Shown piece after piece: positions 1 through 11,320 of a DNA stretch of 64,000 nucleotides. A program made the position numbers and the translations under genes. Positions within the stretch are counted from its first letter, which is position 1. Each line of letters opens with the position of its first letter. The stretch covers positions 1 to 64,000 of IMG/VR virus record IMGVR_UViG_3300010885_033832. One strand, given 5' to 3'. The notes beneath the pieces are model-generated. The model did not search any database. It had not been told where the DNA came from and saw only the letters and a program-made list of their open reading frames with translations. The stretch is from a virus.

Positions 1-374
1 ATCCCTGTAATGTTAAAAATAGCGTAGGTGTTGTCACCATTTGTGTTGCTTTTTATGATGAGTTGACCCTTGACAGTACTAGTGGAGTCTGCCCACGTCG
101 AAAGGTATGTTGTTACTGTTGCTCCGTCATACGTGGTCAGGGATACATCAATACTGGTAGTTGTTGCTGCGGTATTAGAATAAAATCTGATATTTCCTGA
201 ATTTACGTCATTCTCCCACGAAAAGTCTGAGTTGAAATAGTACTTCAGGCCGCCTTTGTCACCCTGGGCACCAGTGGGTCCCGTAGATCCTGTCGGACCC
301 GTAGGACCAATCGCCCCAGCAACAACTGGCTCCCACGCACTTGTGGAGCTATTGTAGGCTTTTACTTGAGTCAC
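1..374 (-). CDS. Collagen-like tail fibre/minor tail protein (runs off the window edge)
   Basis: Manual translation from GTG at 372-374: [41 protein letters not shown]..., open to position 1; Gly-X-Y repeats; not in the ORF track. Confidence 0.75.
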   Translation of the reverse strand, partial: MTQVKAYNSSTSAWEPVVAGAIGPTGPTGSTGPTGAQGDKGGLKYYFNSDFSWENDVNSGNIRFYSNTAATTTSIDVSLTTYDGATVTTYLSTWADSTSTVKGQLIIKSNTNGDNTYAIFNITG

Positions 375-547
375 TATTTATCTCCTACTGTTTCTTCTGG
401 CGTGGTACGCGCTAAAAACTCCACGTAGCGCGGGTTGGTCTCGTCTGCCGGGAACGATGTCACTGACCCGTCCTCATTGTGAATAACAATGTGTGACGTG
501 AATACACCTACGATGTCTGTCTCGACGTGCACTGTTTCCCAGTTCAT
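374..547 (-). CDS. Small tail-fibre-associated protein/assembly chaperone (57 aa)
   Basis: Manual translation [10 protein letters not shown]...SFPADETNPRYVEFLART...; start and stop overlap the neighbouring genes; PxDxxNxxY motif typical of small proteins that follow fibre genes. Confidence 0.65.
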   Translation of the reverse strand: MNWETVHVETDIVGVFTSHIVIHNEDGSVTSFPADETNPRYVEFLARTTPEETVGDK

Positions 548-2211
548 TATAGCTCCGCACTTGCTGCTAGGTATGGGACGGTTCCGCTTCCTACACCTTC
601 AAGAGCGTAGTTTATGCCCGCGCTTACGCCACTGTCTGCTAGGCTCACGGAAAGAAGTGTCGGCCTGCAGCCCGCCGCGTACAAGGTTATGGTGCCAGAG
701 ATAGTGTTAGAGCCGTTGTATCCGCGAAGGTTGTTGTACTCAATGGCTGTAGGCCTGACCCGCATTGTTGTTGGTAGAGGGATGCCAAAACGAGCGTTGT
801 TCCCGTCGTACCCAAAGCCGTGACCAAAGTACGTGACGTCTGTCGCGGCGCTTCCAGTAAAACGAATATAGTACCGCTGACACGCAGCCAACTCTGCTTG
901 AATACTGGGGGCGTTGCGACGGAACGGCGTAGCAACGGAGCCTTCTTCAAGTTGAACTCCAGTTATTTCGTAGTAGTCGTTTGCACCAGCCGTACCCACG
1001 GGAGTAAATTTCGTCTGCACGTGTAGTTGAGTTGCCAAAGATGAGACAGTCCCCGTGACTGAAAACCTTGTCCAAGTGGAAGTCAATGTAGCGTTTGTTG
1101 TTGCTACTGTTGCTTCACCTGACGGAGTAGTCGTTGCAAAGTTTTGGTCAGTACCTGTACTTGATAAAATGTTGGCGACCAGAATAGAACTTGCTGAAGA
1201 AAAGTTAGCCCCTGAACGTGCCCAGAAACTTAAGGTCACGGTTTCTCCAGCAAGGGCAAGTGAGTTGACCGTCTCGAAACTTTGCGTGTGATACATAACT
1301 GCAGTGCTTGTATTTCCCGAATCACGTTGTACTCGCGCGCAGTACTGAAACCCAGTGAGTCCAGAAGCAAATCGAGTGATAGTTATTCCTGTTGCCGCAG
1401 CAGCGCGAGCCTGAGTCCATCTGTCGGCGTTGTAAACAGCGTGTCCAGTGACACTTGTTCCTCGTTGCCAAATATCAAACGCACCGTTGATAATGTAGTT
1501 GTACGAGGGCGAAGTCGCGTTGACAAAGTTTGTGCCGTTGTAGAGAAGCGTCTGCCCAGTGGCCGCGGACGTGATGGCCACATCAGAGAGATCGTCACTT
1601 GATAAGAGTGAGTTAGCCCAGGCTGATCCTGAGTAACGAACCGTCTGCCCTGTAGCAGGAGACGAGACTGTGACATCATTGAGATCGTTGAACGCCATCT
1701 GAGTGCCATTGACCGTGGTGTCTCCCCACAACACATCGGTACTGACGGGTGCAGTGGCAGAGTAGACAATTCCTGCAGGACCAGTAGATCCTGTTGGACC
1801 GGAAACAGTTGAGTTAGCTCCTGTATTACCAGTTGCACCTGTTGCACCCGTTGGTCCAACCGCGCCAGTAGGTCCAGCCACCGTTGAGTTTGCTCCCGTT
1901 GCTCCAGTAACACCCGTGTTTCCTACCGCGCCAGTTGCACCTGTGACTCCCTGTGCCCCAGTATTTCCCACCGCGCCAGTCGGACCAGTATTTCCCGTAA
2001 GACCTGTATTCCCCGTGAGCCCCGTTGCTCCAGTGTTCCCAACCGCACCAGTTGCACCAGTAACACCCGTGTCGCCAACAGCTCCGGTTGATCCTGTTGG
2101 AGCGGGGGTGGTAACTGATTCCCAGACAACACCAGTCCACACCCATGATCGGGTACCGACAGTATGAATGTCGTTGACAAGGGGTGAGTTTGGGAAATCG
2201 ATTGCTGCCAT
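547..2211 (-). CDS. Tail fibre with collagen-like repeats and C-terminal carbohydrate-binding-like domain
   Basis: 554 aa; long G-x-T/G-A-V triplet run; [14 protein letters not shown] and [13 protein letters not shown] motifs typical of phage fibre beta-sandwich domains. Confidence 0.8.
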   Translation of the reverse strand: MAAIDFPNSPLVNDIHTVGTRSWVWTGVVWESVTTPAPTGSTGAVGDTGVTGATGAVGNTGATGLTGNTGLTGNTGPTGAVGNTGAQGVTGATGAVGNTGVTGATGANSTVAGPTGAVGPTGATGATGNTGANSTVSGPTGSTGPAGIVYSATAPVSTDVLWGDTTVNGTQMAFNDLNDVTVSSPATGQTVRYSGSAWANSLLSSDDLSDVAITSAATGQTLLYNGTNFVNATSPSYNYIINGAFDIWQRGTSVTGHAVYNADRWTQARAAAATGITITRFASGLTGFQYCARVQRDSGNTSTAVMYHTQSFETVNSLALAGETVTLSFWARSGANFSSASSILVANILSSTGTDQNFATTTPSGEATVATTNATLTSTWTRFSVTGTVSSLATQLHVQTKFTPVGTAGANDYYEITGVQLEEGSVATPFRRNAPSIQAELAACQRYYIRFTGSAATDVTYFGHGFGYDGNNARFGIPLPTTMRVRPTAIEYNNLRGYNGSNTISGTITLYAAGCRPTLLSVSLADSGVSAGINYALEGVGSGTVPYLAASAEL

Positions 2212-2229
2212 AATTATATTCTACCTGAC

Positions 2230-3537
2230 TTAGTATCCAGGATCCCCACCAACTATAGCCAGATTTTGTAGAAGAATGTCCGATGCACCACCATAGACTC
2301 CATTATTTAAGTATGATTCAAAAATACCGCCCAAAACTAATTTATCATTATTTAAATTAATTGAAAGACTATATATGGTAAGGGGTGTAGCTCCCGCATT
2401 AGACATAAATTTTGTATCTAGTGTAAAATCGGAGTTGAGTCTAAATATTGATGAATTACTTGCATATCCAGTAATGTATCCACTCGTGAGTGCTGATATC
2501 TTTCCATTACTGTGTCTAGACATTGAATCTATCTGTGGAGCAGAATTCTGTGCAAGATTCCAGCTTATTGCTGGGAGTGTGGCGTCGTATACTCCTAAAT
2601 TGCTTATTCTTACGATACATCGAGATGCATTACCCTTAAAAGTTGTAAAACTCCCATATGCAACAATATTATTTCCATCTGCTATAGCGCCAAATACTTG
2701 TCCACTAAATGCAGTGCCTAGATTTGTATTAAATGTTGTATATAAAGTTCCATCATTTTTTAGAGCTACTGCCCGGTTTATTGTGGTGCCATTAAAACTT
2801 GTAAAATTACCGACTACAAAATAATCAGTGGTGCCAGGAATATGTATAACTGATCTCACTGTTCCTGTGCTTGAGGTTCCAATATTTGTATTAAATGTTG
2901 TATCTGCTGTGCCATCGCTATTTAATCTATAAAGCCTATTTTTTGATACACCATTAAAAGATGTAAAATCTCCATAAATTAAAATTTTGTCATTTGAATC
3001 AACAAATACCCCATTTATTCCTAAATTTGCGCCAGTACCAGTATTAGTGATAAATGTCGTGTCTCTTGTCCCGTTAGCATTTAACCTGACAATTCTTCCT
3101 ACAGCGGACCCATTGAAGTTAGTAAAATCATCTCCAACAAGTATAATTTTGCCATCCGACTGTACGGCAATTCTATGTGGGAGCACACTAGAATATGGCG
3201 ATAAAAGAAATCCTGTTCCAACGTTCGTAAGAAAGTCCGTATCTATACTTAAGTCTTTATTTATTCTAATAATCCTGGGACAAGATACGCCGTTGTAAGC
3301 CGTGAAACTACCATAAAGAATTATTTTTTCATCTGATTGAACTGCTAGTGAAGCTAAAGATGAATTTGGACCAACGTATGTCACTGAGGTATCTAATAAA
3401 CCCCCAGATAGATATATTTGTTTCCAGGTTCCATTTATTTTTGTATATAGCTCTTTTGCTTGTACCCAGACTCCACCGGATTTTGCATATGGAGCAACTG
3501 ATGGGTATCCTGTTGGTGTTTTAGCGTATACGGTCAT
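2230..3537 (-). CDS. Delta-60-repeat beta-propeller protein (candidate receptor-binding/adhesin)
   Basis: Repeats such as AVQSDGKIILVG-FT-FNG---RIVRLN-NG--DT-F; visibly AT-rich compared with flanks. Confidence 0.75.
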   Translation of the reverse strand: MTVYAKTPTGYPSVAPYAKSGGVWVQAKELYTKINGTWKQIYLSGGLLDTSVTYVGPNSSLASLAVQSDEKIILYGSFTAYNGVSCPRIIRINKDLSIDTDFLTNVGTGFLLSPYSSVLPHRIAVQSDGKIILVGDDFTNFNGSAVGRIVRLNANGTRDTTFITNTGTGANLGINGVFVDSNDKILIYGDFTSFNGVSKNRLYRLNSDGTADTTFNTNIGTSSTGTVRSVIHIPGTTDYFVVGNFTSFNGTTINRAVALKNDGTLYTTFNTNLGTAFSGQVFGAIADGNNIVAYGSFTTFKGNASRCIVRISNLGVYDATLPAISWNLAQNSAPQIDSMSRHSNGKISALTSGYITGYASNSSIFRLNSDFTLDTKFMSNAGATPLTIYSLSINLNNDKLVLGGIFESYLNNGVYGGASDILLQNLAIVGGDPGY

Positions 3538-3539
3538 AT

Positions 3540-5465
3540 TTAATACCTAAACCATAGGTCGCCATTAGTGCCCCCTGTGGGTCCAGATGTAGAGATTGTT
3601 ACAGGATACACTGGGCCTGTAGATCCCGTTGACCCAGTCGAGCCAGTCGAGCCAGTGGCTCCTGTTGGGCCAGTTGGACCAGTAGGCCCGGTGGACCCTA
3701 CTTGACCTGGAACTGATCCAGTTGTTTCCACCCAGTAGGAGTCGTAGTAAACAAACTGCTTACCTGTTTCTGAGTTATACCAGACGTCCCCAGTCACTGG
3801 ACTTGGAATAGTAGGTGCTGTAGTTGACACAGTATATGTTCCTTTTGTGCCTGTAGGTCCTGTGAGTCCAGTTGCACCTGTGTTTCCGGTGAGACCTGTT
3901 GGGCCGACAGCACCCGTTTGGCCGACCTGCGTGTACATAACCTGAGTAATGCCGACAATGACTGAAGGCGTGACTGGGTGGACGGGGGAAGTTCCCGCCA
4001 CAGAGTGGTTGAGCGAAAGACTGGTATTGGTACCGTGCCAATAAATCTGAACATAGTCATTGACAGCAGTCGATGTTCCAACAAAAGTTACAGTTACGAG
4101 TTGGGCACTTGGCTCCCCCGCTGACTTTCGAGGGGAGATGGTGACGGTAGTAGACGAGTTAGCGTAGTCCGACCCATTCAGTTTGAGCCAGAAAGTGGCT
4201 TCTTCAACTGAGTTGGCTGTGTTGTATATTTGAGCAACAGCGGTCATGGTGTACGTGCCCGGTTGGGAAATAGTTATTTTGCTACTATCAACAATTGAAA
4301 TACCAGAAGATCCATTGGGGTAAGTAGAGTTGATTGTAACTACTTGAGCAGTATTGATATTTGCAATGGCTTGGTCAGTTGTGTCGTAGAACGATCCGTA
4401 GAGGCCAATAGTGCCGCCAGTTCCAGTTGGTCCAGTTGCGCCTGTATTGCCGATTGCACCTGTATTACCGACAGCTCCGGTTGCGCCAATCGCCCCAGTG
4501 TTTCCTACAGCTCCCGTGTTTCCGATTGCGCCAGTAACACCCGTGTTACCGACCGCCCCAGTATTTCCTACCGCGCCCGTTGGGCCCGTCGCACCCGTGT
4601 TACCGACAGCGCCCGTTGCGCCTATAGCACCCGTTGAGCCCGTTGGACCAGTAGGGCCAACAGATCCTCTAAGTTCAATGGCAATAAGAGTGGGAGAATC
4701 GGATGGAGAAGCTGATTCTCCATAAACCGTAGTATCCCCACCTTGAAATGCTTTGATGGTGTACGTGTAAGTTCCCGCAGCTACAGCGTCAACGTGCGAT
4801 ACGGCAAAAGGAATATTTGCAGAGGCCGTTGAGCCTTGATAAATAACAGCCTTGCCGAGTGCTGTCGTCCCACGATAAAGTTGAATATAGTTCCAAGCAC
4901 CACTTGTTGTGGGGTTTGCATCGCCAGTTCCCGATAGGTAGACAGGACCGCCAGTTGTTGTAATTGAAATCGTTGCAATAGTGGTGGGAGTAGTAGTATT
5001 TACAGTTACAGTTCCCGTAGTACTAGAAATTGCATAGTTCATGTTGCTAGGAGTTAGGGTCCCAGCCCCTGGTTGTTGTGGGTAGACAAGAACTTCGTTT
5101 GTGGCCGGATCAAAGGCAACAGTATACAGACCAGACGTACTTCCGAGCGAATCGTACGGCGCTTCGTATCGTAGTCCGTTAAGAATGAGGTGACCTTCAT
5201 TACCTACATTTAGAGAAAAACTTCCACCCGATGAGAGCGAAGTAATTTGAGACAAGTGCTCAGTGCTGATTGCTCCCAGCTCAATCTTGTTGCTGGTAAC
5301 GGCTCGATCTTGGACGTTGTCGGTAGCAACACCTGAACTAGCAATCTGGGTCGATCCAACAGAGTTTTCTTGGATCGTCTTCTTTTCGGTGGAGATAACT
5401 CTCGACTCGAGGTCGTTGAGCTTGTTTCCGACATTGCGGTTACGTCGTACGCGTCTAGTCGCCAA
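3540..5465 (-). CDS. Collagen-like minor tail/fibre protein
   Basis: 641 aa; three Gly-X-Y blocks separated by beta-rich domains; located in the tail module. Confidence 0.8.
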   Translation of the reverse strand: MATRRVRRNRNVGNKLNDLESRVISTEKKTIQENSVGSTQIASSGVATDNVQDRAVTSNKIELGAISTEHLSQITSLSSGGSFSLNVGNEGHLILNGLRYEAPYDSLGSTSGLYTVAFDPATNEVLVYPQQPGAGTLTPSNMNYAISSTTGTVTVNTTTPTTIATISITTTGGPVYLSGTGDANPTTSGAWNYIQLYRGTTALGKAVIYQGSTASANIPFAVSHVDAVAAGTYTYTIKAFQGGDTTVYGESASPSDSPTLIAIELRGSVGPTGPTGSTGAIGATGAVGNTGATGPTGAVGNTGAVGNTGVTGAIGNTGAVGNTGAIGATGAVGNTGAIGNTGATGPTGTGGTIGLYGSFYDTTDQAIANINTAQVVTINSTYPNGSSGISIVDSSKITISQPGTYTMTAVAQIYNTANSVEEATFWLKLNGSDYANSSTTVTISPRKSAGEPSAQLVTVTFVGTSTAVNDYVQIYWHGTNTSLSLNHSVAGTSPVHPVTPSVIVGITQVMYTQVGQTGAVGPTGLTGNTGATGLTGPTGTKGTYTVSTTAPTIPSPVTGDVWYNSETGKQFVYYDSYWVETTGSVPGQVGSTGPTGPTGPTGATGSTGSTGSTGSTGPVYPVTISTSGPTGGTNGDLWFRY

Positions 5466-8400
5466 AGCCGTCCACCTCCCACTCAGGAATAACTTCCAGC
5501 GTAACTTGTTCAGGGAACGTCACACCGTCTGGGACGGTAACGGTATATGACTCAATTTTACGAACCAGCACGGTGTCCCTAGGCTCAAGGTCGGTGCTCA
5601 GTCGAGCCTGAATAAACGGGTCTCGTACTACAATACTACACCAGTCGCCAGGGGCATATGATCCGACGATGGGCTCTAACGACCCGTTAACACTGATGGA
5701 AAATTCAGCCATCGGCGGTGCGGCCTCGAGAGCGTATCGTCGAGCGTACCCATAAAGCACGGTTTTATTGTTGGCGTCATCGGCCTTCTCGTCAAAGTCA
5801 AGTAGCGGCCATTTGCGTCCCCGGGAACCATCGAGGAAGTCGGTGAGGGTAGCAACGCCAATGTTTGATCCGTAGTCGTCCCCCGCGTTCTCATTTCCGA
5901 CAACAAACATACGCGTGGCCGAGTCCTCGGCACTCTCATTAACGGAGAACTGGCCGATGTTTCCGGGGTACTCAAAGACCACTTCGTCTGCTCCGTACCT
6001 GCTTACGGGCGACACCACCCCGGCCGCTGGCGGGTTGGGGTACTCGAGAGGGAGCATAACAAAAGTCTTGGTAAAGGTCGATGTCGCCTCATCGTACTCG
6101 CAGTCAATTCGATAATCGAATCCGTCCACAGACGATGCGTACTTTTCTAGTGCCTCTCCAACAGTCGTGAGCTCAAATCCTCGGTGGATAGGGGGGTCGG
6201 TGTTGATGCCAGACGCCTCCCGGGTTGAGAACAGCAGCCCGATGTCGGCACTACCGGGGAAAGGACCAAACGTGCTGGCAATTGCAACAGGTCGGACAGT
6301 AGCTGAGCCTTGACTAATGATGAGTTCAGGAGATCGGTTATCATGCGTGACAGAGTATGAGAACGTCTTTGCCGTTGGGGCCGGACTAGACAGGATAGTT
6401 TTTGTTCCGTTATAGATGCTAGTGGCTTTAGCGTAGGCAACGGAGCTGACTACATCCTCTGTAATTGATGTGGTTTGTGCTCCAGCAGAGTAGTCAAAGA
6501 CATTGTTTGTAGCGTTACTAATTGTCTTATTAGTCCCATTGAATACACTGTTTTTAATGACGACACCAGCCAGTACTGGATCAGTCTTAAAATTTCGGGG
6601 AGGTGTTACAGCAAACGAAAGAGTACCACCATCAACCTTTGTGATAGTCCAATCACCATTTAAGATACTAGTCTTGGGAGTTACCTTAGGGTACGGCGTC
6701 TCAACATTCTTATCAGGTCGTTCTACAGCGACATTGGCAACTTCTGCTCCGTTTTGAACATAGGTAATCTGCGTAGTGGAGACACCAGTAAGCGGGTAGG
6801 TTCCGTTCATCGGGCTGAGAAAAAGAATTTTAGCAGCGGCCGCTGAAGAAGTTAGTGGTGAGTCGTAGGAGTTATTGATTTGATACGAGATTGTCGTAGC
6901 TGAAACTGCAGATACTTCGAAGTCTCCATTAAATATGGCCTCATTAGTAGTTACTGTCCCATCATCAGATTTTTCAGCTACGACAGTTTTCCTACCAGGT
7001 AATTTTATGTCCGCATCCCCGAGCACTACCTCATAGCTAAAACTATTGCTAGTCATGGGTTCGGTAACTCGATGCTCCCCACTAAACCCACCCCCCATGC
7101 TAGAGATTGTGACAGTATCCCCAGAGCTAAAGTTGTGCGGTCCACTCGTTGTAACAGTGGCATATCCACGAGAAGCTCGCTTGCTAATTAAATTTTCAGA
7201 GTCGGTACAACCTTGAACTTTAATCTTGGTACCAACCGTAATTCCATGACCTGTAGGGACAGTTAAAGTTGCTACCTCACTACCAATTCTTTGCTTCTGA
7301 ATAGTGACATAGTCATATATATCTTGGACTACTACATTATCGCCAATTGAGTAGGGGTGCTTGTATGTAGCATCTGTGCTCAGAGTGAGCGTGACGCTGT
7401 TACTAGTGCGAGACTTGTGAGTGACTATTATCGGTGTACTGATCCCAGAAACTTTTACTGTGTCACCATTTTTGAAGTTGACTGATTTAGAAGTCTTGAG
7501 TGTAGCAATATTATCTTTAACGTACACCGACTCGATGAAAGCTGCATCTTGAAGCCCTGTGATGTCAACTACATCACTGTCATTGAGAATGTGGTCTACT
7601 CCAGTTCGGATTGTGGCAGTACCAGTTCCAGATGCAACGCGAAGTGCTCGGGAGGAGATGGAGATAAGCGGAGATACGTTGGCTACCACAACCGACTGAC
7701 CCGCAGTAAACCCGTGGGCTTTATCTGTCGTGATGGTCGCAACATTGGAGGTAAGTTTTGCCTGCACAACACCAACCGCGCTGGCACCAACAGTAGCAGT
7801 AGCATTGTTAAAAGAAGTTTCTGGGATGCTAGCTTTAGACGCTTCTTGGTATGTAAAAGTTGTTGCCGTTGCGGCAGTAATTTTTTGTACTCCATTAAAG
7901 TAGCCTCCATACCCAAGGGATCCGATTTGAGTATTGACTTCTACGGTCTGTCCAACCCTGAATCCATGGTCTGCAGCTGTTGTGATTGTAGTTAGGCCCT
8001 CGACCGCCATCATCTTTGTAACGGTTGCTTTCGACTTTGCTACTGTAGTTGGGGAGAGTGTTCCGGTCTTTTCAAACGTAAACGTGGTGGGACTGGGAAC
8101 CGAGTAGACGCGATATTCACCATCAAAGTTATCGTCAACATTTTTGATCTGAACAGCCTGCTCCGAAACCAGACCGTGCGGCTGAGCCGTTGTGATGGTG
8201 GCAAACCCGTTAGCCAGTTTCTTAGAGACAATGTCGAGTGAGTAGCTGAGTCCGGGCTCAATGTAGACGTTGGGAAAGTTGACACCAACAAAGTCACTGG
8301 CCATGCCCGACAACAAATCTCGAATGTAGTCGTAGGTATCGGTACGCACTGAGACGTTGACATTATTGTAGGTTCCATCTGGAATAGTCCGAGTCCCTGT

Positions 8401-9159
8401 ACCAGTAATGGTAACACTATCGGCGTTGGCTAAGGTTAGGGCATATGAAAATTGCTTTCCGTCTACCCCCGACGCCGTAATTTTAAAGTCGGTTCCATTG
8501 ATACTAGTCAAGGAAGAAGCAATAGTGATAAGATCATCAGTCTTAAATTTGTGATCGTCAACGGTTGTGATGGTCACAACGTTGTCTGCAACTGAGGCAG
8601 AGGACAGCGTCGCCACACTATTGATACTACTAAGGGTGAATTGTTTAGTGGTGGGGGCAGGGCTTGACGCAATTGTGTAGATGCCGTCATACCGGAAGTC
8701 CGCAAACTGCAGTTCTACTGTGCGGCCAGACTTGAGAGCACCGCTAGTGTAGCCCAGGTCGAGATCAACGGTCCCAACTCCGCTGACCACGGTAAGCGTG
8801 GATCCGAGAGTGTGGCTGTAGGTCTTCCAAATCTTGCGGTGGTAGAGGTAGCTAGGGAACTCTGACCCACTGACAGATAGCGTTTTCTGAACGACGTCAT
8901 ACGATCGGGACCAAATAATCCCACCCCATACGCAGATTCCGTCTCGAACAATATATAGAGCGGTATTTCCAGGTGTCGTGCTGGAGTACAAGTTGAGATA
9001 GTTGGTCTGCTCGAACGTCGGGATAGACCCAGAGAAATAACCAGCACCGTTCAAGGCACGTTGATATGACACTCCACGGAATGGGATTTCCTCAAGAATT
9101 TCATTAGTGAGAAGATCGGCGGTGAAGTATCGATAAACGGGTGCGGATATGGTAGCCAT
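5455..9159 (-). CDS. Minor tail (baseplate hub-like) protein with inserted nested beta-barrel repeats
   Basis: 1234 aa; N-terminus ([10 protein letters not shown]...[15 protein letters not shown]) and C-terminus resemble actinophage minor tail proteins; many T-TT--HGF--G--V repeats in the middle. Confidence 0.8.
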   Translation of the reverse strand: MATISAPVYRYFTADLLTNEILEEIPFRGVSYQRALNGAGYFSGSIPTFEQTNYLNLYSSTTPGNTALYIVRDGICVWGGIIWSRSYDVVQKTLSVSGSEFPSYLYHRKIWKTYSHTLGSTLTVVSGVGTVDLDLGYTSGALKSGRTVELQFADFRYDGIYTIASSPAPTTKQFTLSSINSVATLSSASVADNVVTITTVDDHKFKTDDLITIASSLTSINGTDFKITASGVDGKQFSYALTLANADSVTITGTGTRTIPDGTYNNVNVSVRTDTYDYIRDLLSGMASDFVGVNFPNVYIEPGLSYSLDIVSKKLANGFATITTAQPHGLVSEQAVQIKNVDDNFDGEYRVYSVPSPTTFTFEKTGTLSPTTVAKSKATVTKMMAVEGLTTITTAADHGFRVGQTVEVNTQIGSLGYGGYFNGVQKITAATATTFTYQEASKASIPETSFNNATATVGASAVGVVQAKLTSNVATITTDKAHGFTAGQSVVVANVSPLISISSRALRVASGTGTATIRTGVDHILNDSDVVDITGLQDAAFIESVYVKDNIATLKTSKSVNFKNGDTVKVSGISTPIIVTHKSRTSNSVTLTLSTDATYKHPYSIGDNVVVQDIYDYVTIQKQRIGSEVATLTVPTGHGITVGTKIKVQGCTDSENLISKRASRGYATVTTSGPHNFSSGDTVTISSMGGGFSGEHRVTEPMTSNSFSYEVVLGDADIKLPGRKTVVAEKSDDGTVTTNEAIFNGDFEVSAVSATTISYQINNSYDSPLTSSAAAAKILFLSPMNGTYPLTGVSTTQITYVQNGAEVANVAVERPDKNVETPYPKVTPKTSILNGDWTITKVDGGTLSFAVTPPRNFKTDPVLAGVVIKNSVFNGTNKTISNATNNVFDYSAGAQTTSITEDVVSSVAYAKATSIYNGTKTILSSPAPTAKTFSYSVTHDNRSPELIISQGSATVRPVAIASTFGPFPGSADIGLLFSTREASGINTDPPIHRGFELTTVGEALEKYASSVDGFDYRIDCEYDEATSTFTKTFVMLPLEYPNPPAAGVVSPVSRYGADEVVFEYPGNIGQFSVNESAEDSATRMFVVGNENAGDDYGSNIGVATLTDFLDGSRGRKWPLLDFDEKADDANNKTVLYGYARRYALEAAPPMAEFSISVNGSLEPIVGSYAPGDWCSIVVRDPFIQARLSTDLEPRDTVLVRKIESYTVTVPDGVTFPEQVTLEVIPEWEVDGFGD

Positions 9160-9193
9160 GTGCCTAGTCTTTTGTCGTTACTTTTATTTTACA

Positions 9194-11317
9194 CTACCCA
9201 ATCCAGCCCGAACGGTATTCTATTTCCGCAGAGGCTGTGCTGGATGTTCGTCGGGCCGTTTCTTCTGGAAAAGCCAGGGCCACATCTTCATTGGTTGCAC
9301 CAGAAGCAGGGACGGTAGTTGCATAAACCACCGTGTCATACCGGGGAATACTTGTGACAATCTTGTCGACAGCGTTGTAAAGATTTTTATTGGCTGGAAC
9401 AGTGACTGTACCAGTAGTGACAGCTTCAGCTTGATCTGTAGCAATGGGCAACGAATAGGTAAATGACGAGGCAGTTGGGACTAATACTACCGCTGTCGTA
9501 GTGGCATTGAATACGCTTGCGTCTAGGCTGTTTGCAGTTCCACCAGTGGCAACGGTAGTAATGTTTGAACCAAGTACCGCACCTGTTACCGAGTAGTAAA
9601 CAGTTGAGCTGGGAGTCGACGTGCTGGAGTCTACTGTAAAATTGCCGCTCAAAGTAGCATTCGTCTTGTTGGTGACAGTAGAACTGATACCAATTGGAGC
9701 AGTGGTACTGGGCTGAAGGCTAGACAATGCAAAAGTAAAAGAGGTAGCTGCCGCTGTCGCAATGGGATAGTCACTACCAAAGATTGGGAGTAATACTTCT
9801 GAGACAGTCCCAAAACCACTATCGACTGATTGAACTGAGTAGGCTGTTCCGCCCGTCACGGGGTAGCTAAATGTCGTGGGGTTGATTACAGTGACTAAAT
9901 TGTCATAGGTCCCATCAAACTCAGCGTTGGTCAAGTTTGCCACAGTGTCGGTAACTTCTTGGATGGAACCATCCACTGGGATGCCCGAGACAGGCGCTGT
10001 CAAACTACCGACTTCAGTAGAGGTTACCAAATACGCTCGAATTGTGTAAGTGTATGAGGTTCCAGCATTCAGAGTCAGACTGCTATCAATATAGCTAGGA
10101 TTTGTCATATTTCCAACAATGGATCCCGCCACACCAACCCCAGCAATTTGCACACCGTCTCGGTAGATTTTGTATCCTCCTGTGTTAGTCATACCAGCAG
10201 GGGCCGTCCACGATAGGCGAAGCTGTTTGGGGACTTCAATTGAGGCCAAAACTGTTGTTGCAATAATTGACGTAACAGCGAGAGCCGATGGGGCGGCCGC
10301 AAAGCCGGGCGCTGTTGCAGTTGCTGTGTTGGATGAACCACTCTCTGTGGTGGAGGTGATAGAGGTGACGTAGAACGAATATGAGAGACCAGGAGATAAG
10401 CCAGTGACGGAGAAGGTCTCAGCCGGGTCTGACGATATCGCTATAGTTTGAATAAGTACACCGTTTTGGTAGATTTTATAGCCATAGTTCCCCGCCACGG
10501 AGGCTGGTGGTGACCACGTCAAATCAATACGCCCCGATATGGCGTTCGGTGTAGCCACCATGTTTGTTGGGTTGCCTACTACTGCTGCAAAGTTTGCTGT
10601 CGCAGTTGCATAGCTGGAGGCTTTACTGGTGGTATTGTCTGCAATTGTTACTTCGTTTTTGGCTCTAACGTCGTAGTAGTAGAGAGTGTTGTTTGGTGCC
10701 GTGTACGAAAATGTTAGTGCAGCAGTACTACCGATTAGCGTTGTAATAGCTGTTGACGTTGTGCCCCGGTAAATGTCGTATCCAGTTACATTTGAGCCGC
10801 CGTCATCTGCGGGAGCGGCCCACGTAAAGTTAACAACACCCGAAGTACCGCTGGGGGTTGCTAGAAACGATGTTGGTGCATCTGGTGATTCGATGTACCG
10901 ATACTCGCAATACGCTGTTCCAGCCCAGGTATATCCAGTACCTTGTTGCGTGGTAGACCCTGAACCAGATCGCTTAAAATAGAGACCACCCTCAGTAGAT
11001 GGATTAAGTCGGAAATTAGTAGAGGTACCACCATAGACAATAGATCCAGAAAGTGTCAACCACGCAGAAAGCCCAGGGGATGAGTCAATGGCAACGTTAT
11101 TAAATGTTCCGCTAAACCCGCCAATGGAAGCAACGATGTTTCCCTTAAGATCATAAGACCCTACATAGGTGCGGAGCTCGGTAATTATCATTGGCTTATT
11201 GTCGTTGAATGCCGTTTTCACTGCAGCAGAGGGCAGTGTCACTGCTGTTTGTACGTAGCTTCCATCCTTACTATAAGGGGTGTAAGTTGTGCCACCAATT
11301 GTTACTGACGTTGCCAT
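9194..11317 (-). CDS. Minor tail protein with three fibronectin type III domains plus C-terminal half-repeats and a Dit-like terminal strand
   Basis: FN3 motifs (FTWAAPADDGGSNVTGYDIYR, LTWSPP...GLSPGLSYSFYV, LSWTAP...AGTSYTYTIRAY); ends AEIEYRSGWIG. Confidence 0.8.
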   Translation of the reverse strand: MATSVTIGGTTYTPYSKDGSYVQTAVTLPSAAVKTAFNDNKPMIITELRTYVGSYDLKGNIVASIGGFSGTFNNVAIDSSPGLSAWLTLSGSIVYGGTSTNFRLNPSTEGGLYFKRSGSGSTTQQGTGYTWAGTAYCEYRYIESPDAPTSFLATPSGTSGVVNFTWAAPADDGGSNVTGYDIYRGTTSTAITTLIGSTAALTFSYTAPNNTLYYYDVRAKNEVTIADNTTSKASSYATATANFAAVVGNPTNMVATPNAISGRIDLTWSPPASVAGNYGYKIYQNGVLIQTIAISSDPAETFSVTGLSPGLSYSFYVTSITSTTESGSSNTATATAPGFAAAPSALAVTSIIATTVLASIEVPKQLRLSWTAPAGMTNTGGYKIYRDGVQIAGVGVAGSIVGNMTNPSYIDSSLTLNAGTSYTYTIRAYLVTSTEVGSLTAPVSGIPVDGSIQEVTDTVANLTNAEFDGTYDNLVTVINPTTFSYPVTGGTAYSVQSVDSGFGTVSEVLLPIFGSDYPIATAAATSFTFALSSLQPSTTAPIGISSTVTNKTNATLSGNFTVDSSTSTPSSTVYYSVTGAVLGSNITTVATGGTANSLDASVFNATTTAVVLVPTASSFTYSLPIATDQAEAVTTGTVTVPANKNLYNAVDKIVTSIPRYDTVVYATTVPASGATNEDVALAFPEETARRTSSTASAEIEYRSGWIG

Positions 11318-11320
11318 GCG

